IMG/VR virus record: IMGVR_UViG_2541047961_000012
Location: 1 to 6,113 of that record
From: a virus
Taxonomy: Duplodnaviria > Heunggongvirae > Uroviricota > Caudoviricetes
DNA: 6,113 nucleotides
Direction: 5' to 3' (one strand)
Below are positions 5,118-6,113 of this stretch, piece by piece. A program made the position numbers and the translations under genes. Positions within the stretch are counted from its first letter, which is position 1, and each line of letters begins with the position of its first letter. The notes under the pieces were generated by a model. The model was not told where the DNA came from and made no database searches. It saw only the letters and a list, made by a program, of their open reading frames with translations.

Positions 5118-6113
5118 ATGTCGATTAAGAAGCTCGCTAATGGCAAATTCTGTGTGGACGTGCGGCCAGCTGGATCAGAAGGAAAAAGATTCAGGCGGCG
5201 ATTTGATACTCGTGGTGAGGCTGTTTTGTATGAGCGTCATGTATTGCAGCATTACCACGACAAAGACTGGGTTGATAAGCCAACAGAACGGCGCTCGCTG
5301 AGGGAGTTGCTGGATTGTTGGTGGCTATACCACGGGAAAAATCATCCTTACGGTGCGATGGAGCGAGTGCGTATTTCTGCGGTCATTAGTGATCTTGAAA
5401 GTATTAATGTTACACGCAGCGACCAACTTACTCGTAAGAACATAATTAATTATCGGTTATTGTTGCTTAACCGCGGAATAAAACAATCCACGGTTAATCG
5501 TTATTGCGCAATGATGAGTGGTTTCTTCACAAAACTAATTGACGCAGAGGAATATTCTGGGGCTAATCCGTTTCATGATGTGAAAAAACTTAATATCAAA
5601 CAGCCTGAAATGGCTTATTTGTATCATGAGGATATTCCACGATTACTGGAGTTGTTATCTGGTGATGAATTAAAAGCTGTCTTGTTGTGTCTGGCAACAG
5701 GTGGAAGATGGAGTGAGGTTGCAAATATCAAGGGGGAGCATGTTATTAGCGGCAAAGTCATTTTTATGGAAACCAAAAATGGGAAGCGTCGCGTTATACC
5801 TATATCGTCAGAACTGGAGTGCATGATTAAAACAAAGGCCACTGGTCGTTTAATTTATCCAAGTTATGCCGCTGTCAGAGCTGCTATCAGAAAGGTGAGG
5901 CCCGATCTTCCTGAAGGGCAGTCGATACATGTTTTACGGCATACCTTTGCCACTCACTTCATGATTAATGGTGGGAATATCATCACTTTGCAGAGAATAC
6001 TTGGGCATAGCACTATTCAGCAGACGATGACTTATGCCCATTTTGCACCGGATTATCTGCAGGATGCTGTGCGCTTTAATCCTGTGGCTGAGTTGTCCAG
6101 ATATTGCCCATAA
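5118..6113 (+). CDS. int: tyrosine site-specific integrase, P2 Int-like (331 aa)
   Basis: Start moved from the track's 5082 to the ATG at 5118, which has SD GGAGGG 7 nt upstream and gives MSIKKLANGKFCVDVRP..., like the P2 Int N-terminus. C-terminal catalytic signature HVLRHTFATHF...GHSTIQQTMTYAH (H-x-x-R box and Tyr nucleophile). The stop TAA is the last 3 nt of the window. Confidence 0.9.
   Translation: MSIKKLANGKFCVDVRPAGSEGKRFRRRFDTRGEAVLYERHVLQHYHDKDWVDKPTERRSLRELLDCWWLYHGKNHPYGAMERVRISAVISDLESINVTRSDQLTRKNIINYRLLLLNRGIKQSTVNRYCAMMSGFFTKLIDAEEYSGANPFHDVKKLNIKQPEMAYLYHEDIPRLLELLSGDELKAVLLCLATGGRWSEVANIKGEHVISGKVIFMETKNGKRRVIPISSELECMIKTKATGRLIYPSYAAVRAAIRKVRPDLPEGQSIHVLRHTFATHFMINGGNIITLQRILGHSTIQQTMTYAHFAPDYLQDAVRFNPVAELSRYCP

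Noticed and set aside
5624-5842. Minus-strand ORF of 72 aa inside int
   Set aside because: Antisense to the integrase catalytic region.
1-6113. CRISPR array, tRNA or rRNA genes, IS elements or transposase, att core repeats
   Set aside because: No regularly spaced direct repeats, no cloverleaf-like or rRNA-like sequence, and no transposase-like ORF were seen. The window ends at the int stop, so any attachment site would lie just outside.

Overview
This window looks like the integrase-proximal end of a P2-type temperate phage or integrative element, read by eye without any database search. At the right end, a P2 C-type repressor (4752..5051, +) and a tyrosine integrase (5118..6113, +) face a divergently transcribed Cox-like gene (4218..4643, -) across a 108-bp switch region carrying operator-like dyads. 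Everything left of cox is on the minus strand: a run of short, tightly coupled ORFs (including a 37-aa hydrophobic micro-ORF absent from the ORF track), then after an 86-bp gap a five-gene operon (3081 down to 1299) ending in a 2-TM mini-protein and an SPFH/Band-7 lipoprotein. A 370-bp structured non-coding stretch (928..1298) follows, then three more minus-strand ORFs, the last running off the left edge. No rRNA, tRNA, CRISPR array, transposase or att site was seen. No P2 A/B-like replication gene lies within 4.4 kb of cox. The SPFH operon is the best candidate for an undescribed accessory or phage-exclusion module, but its function is inference only.
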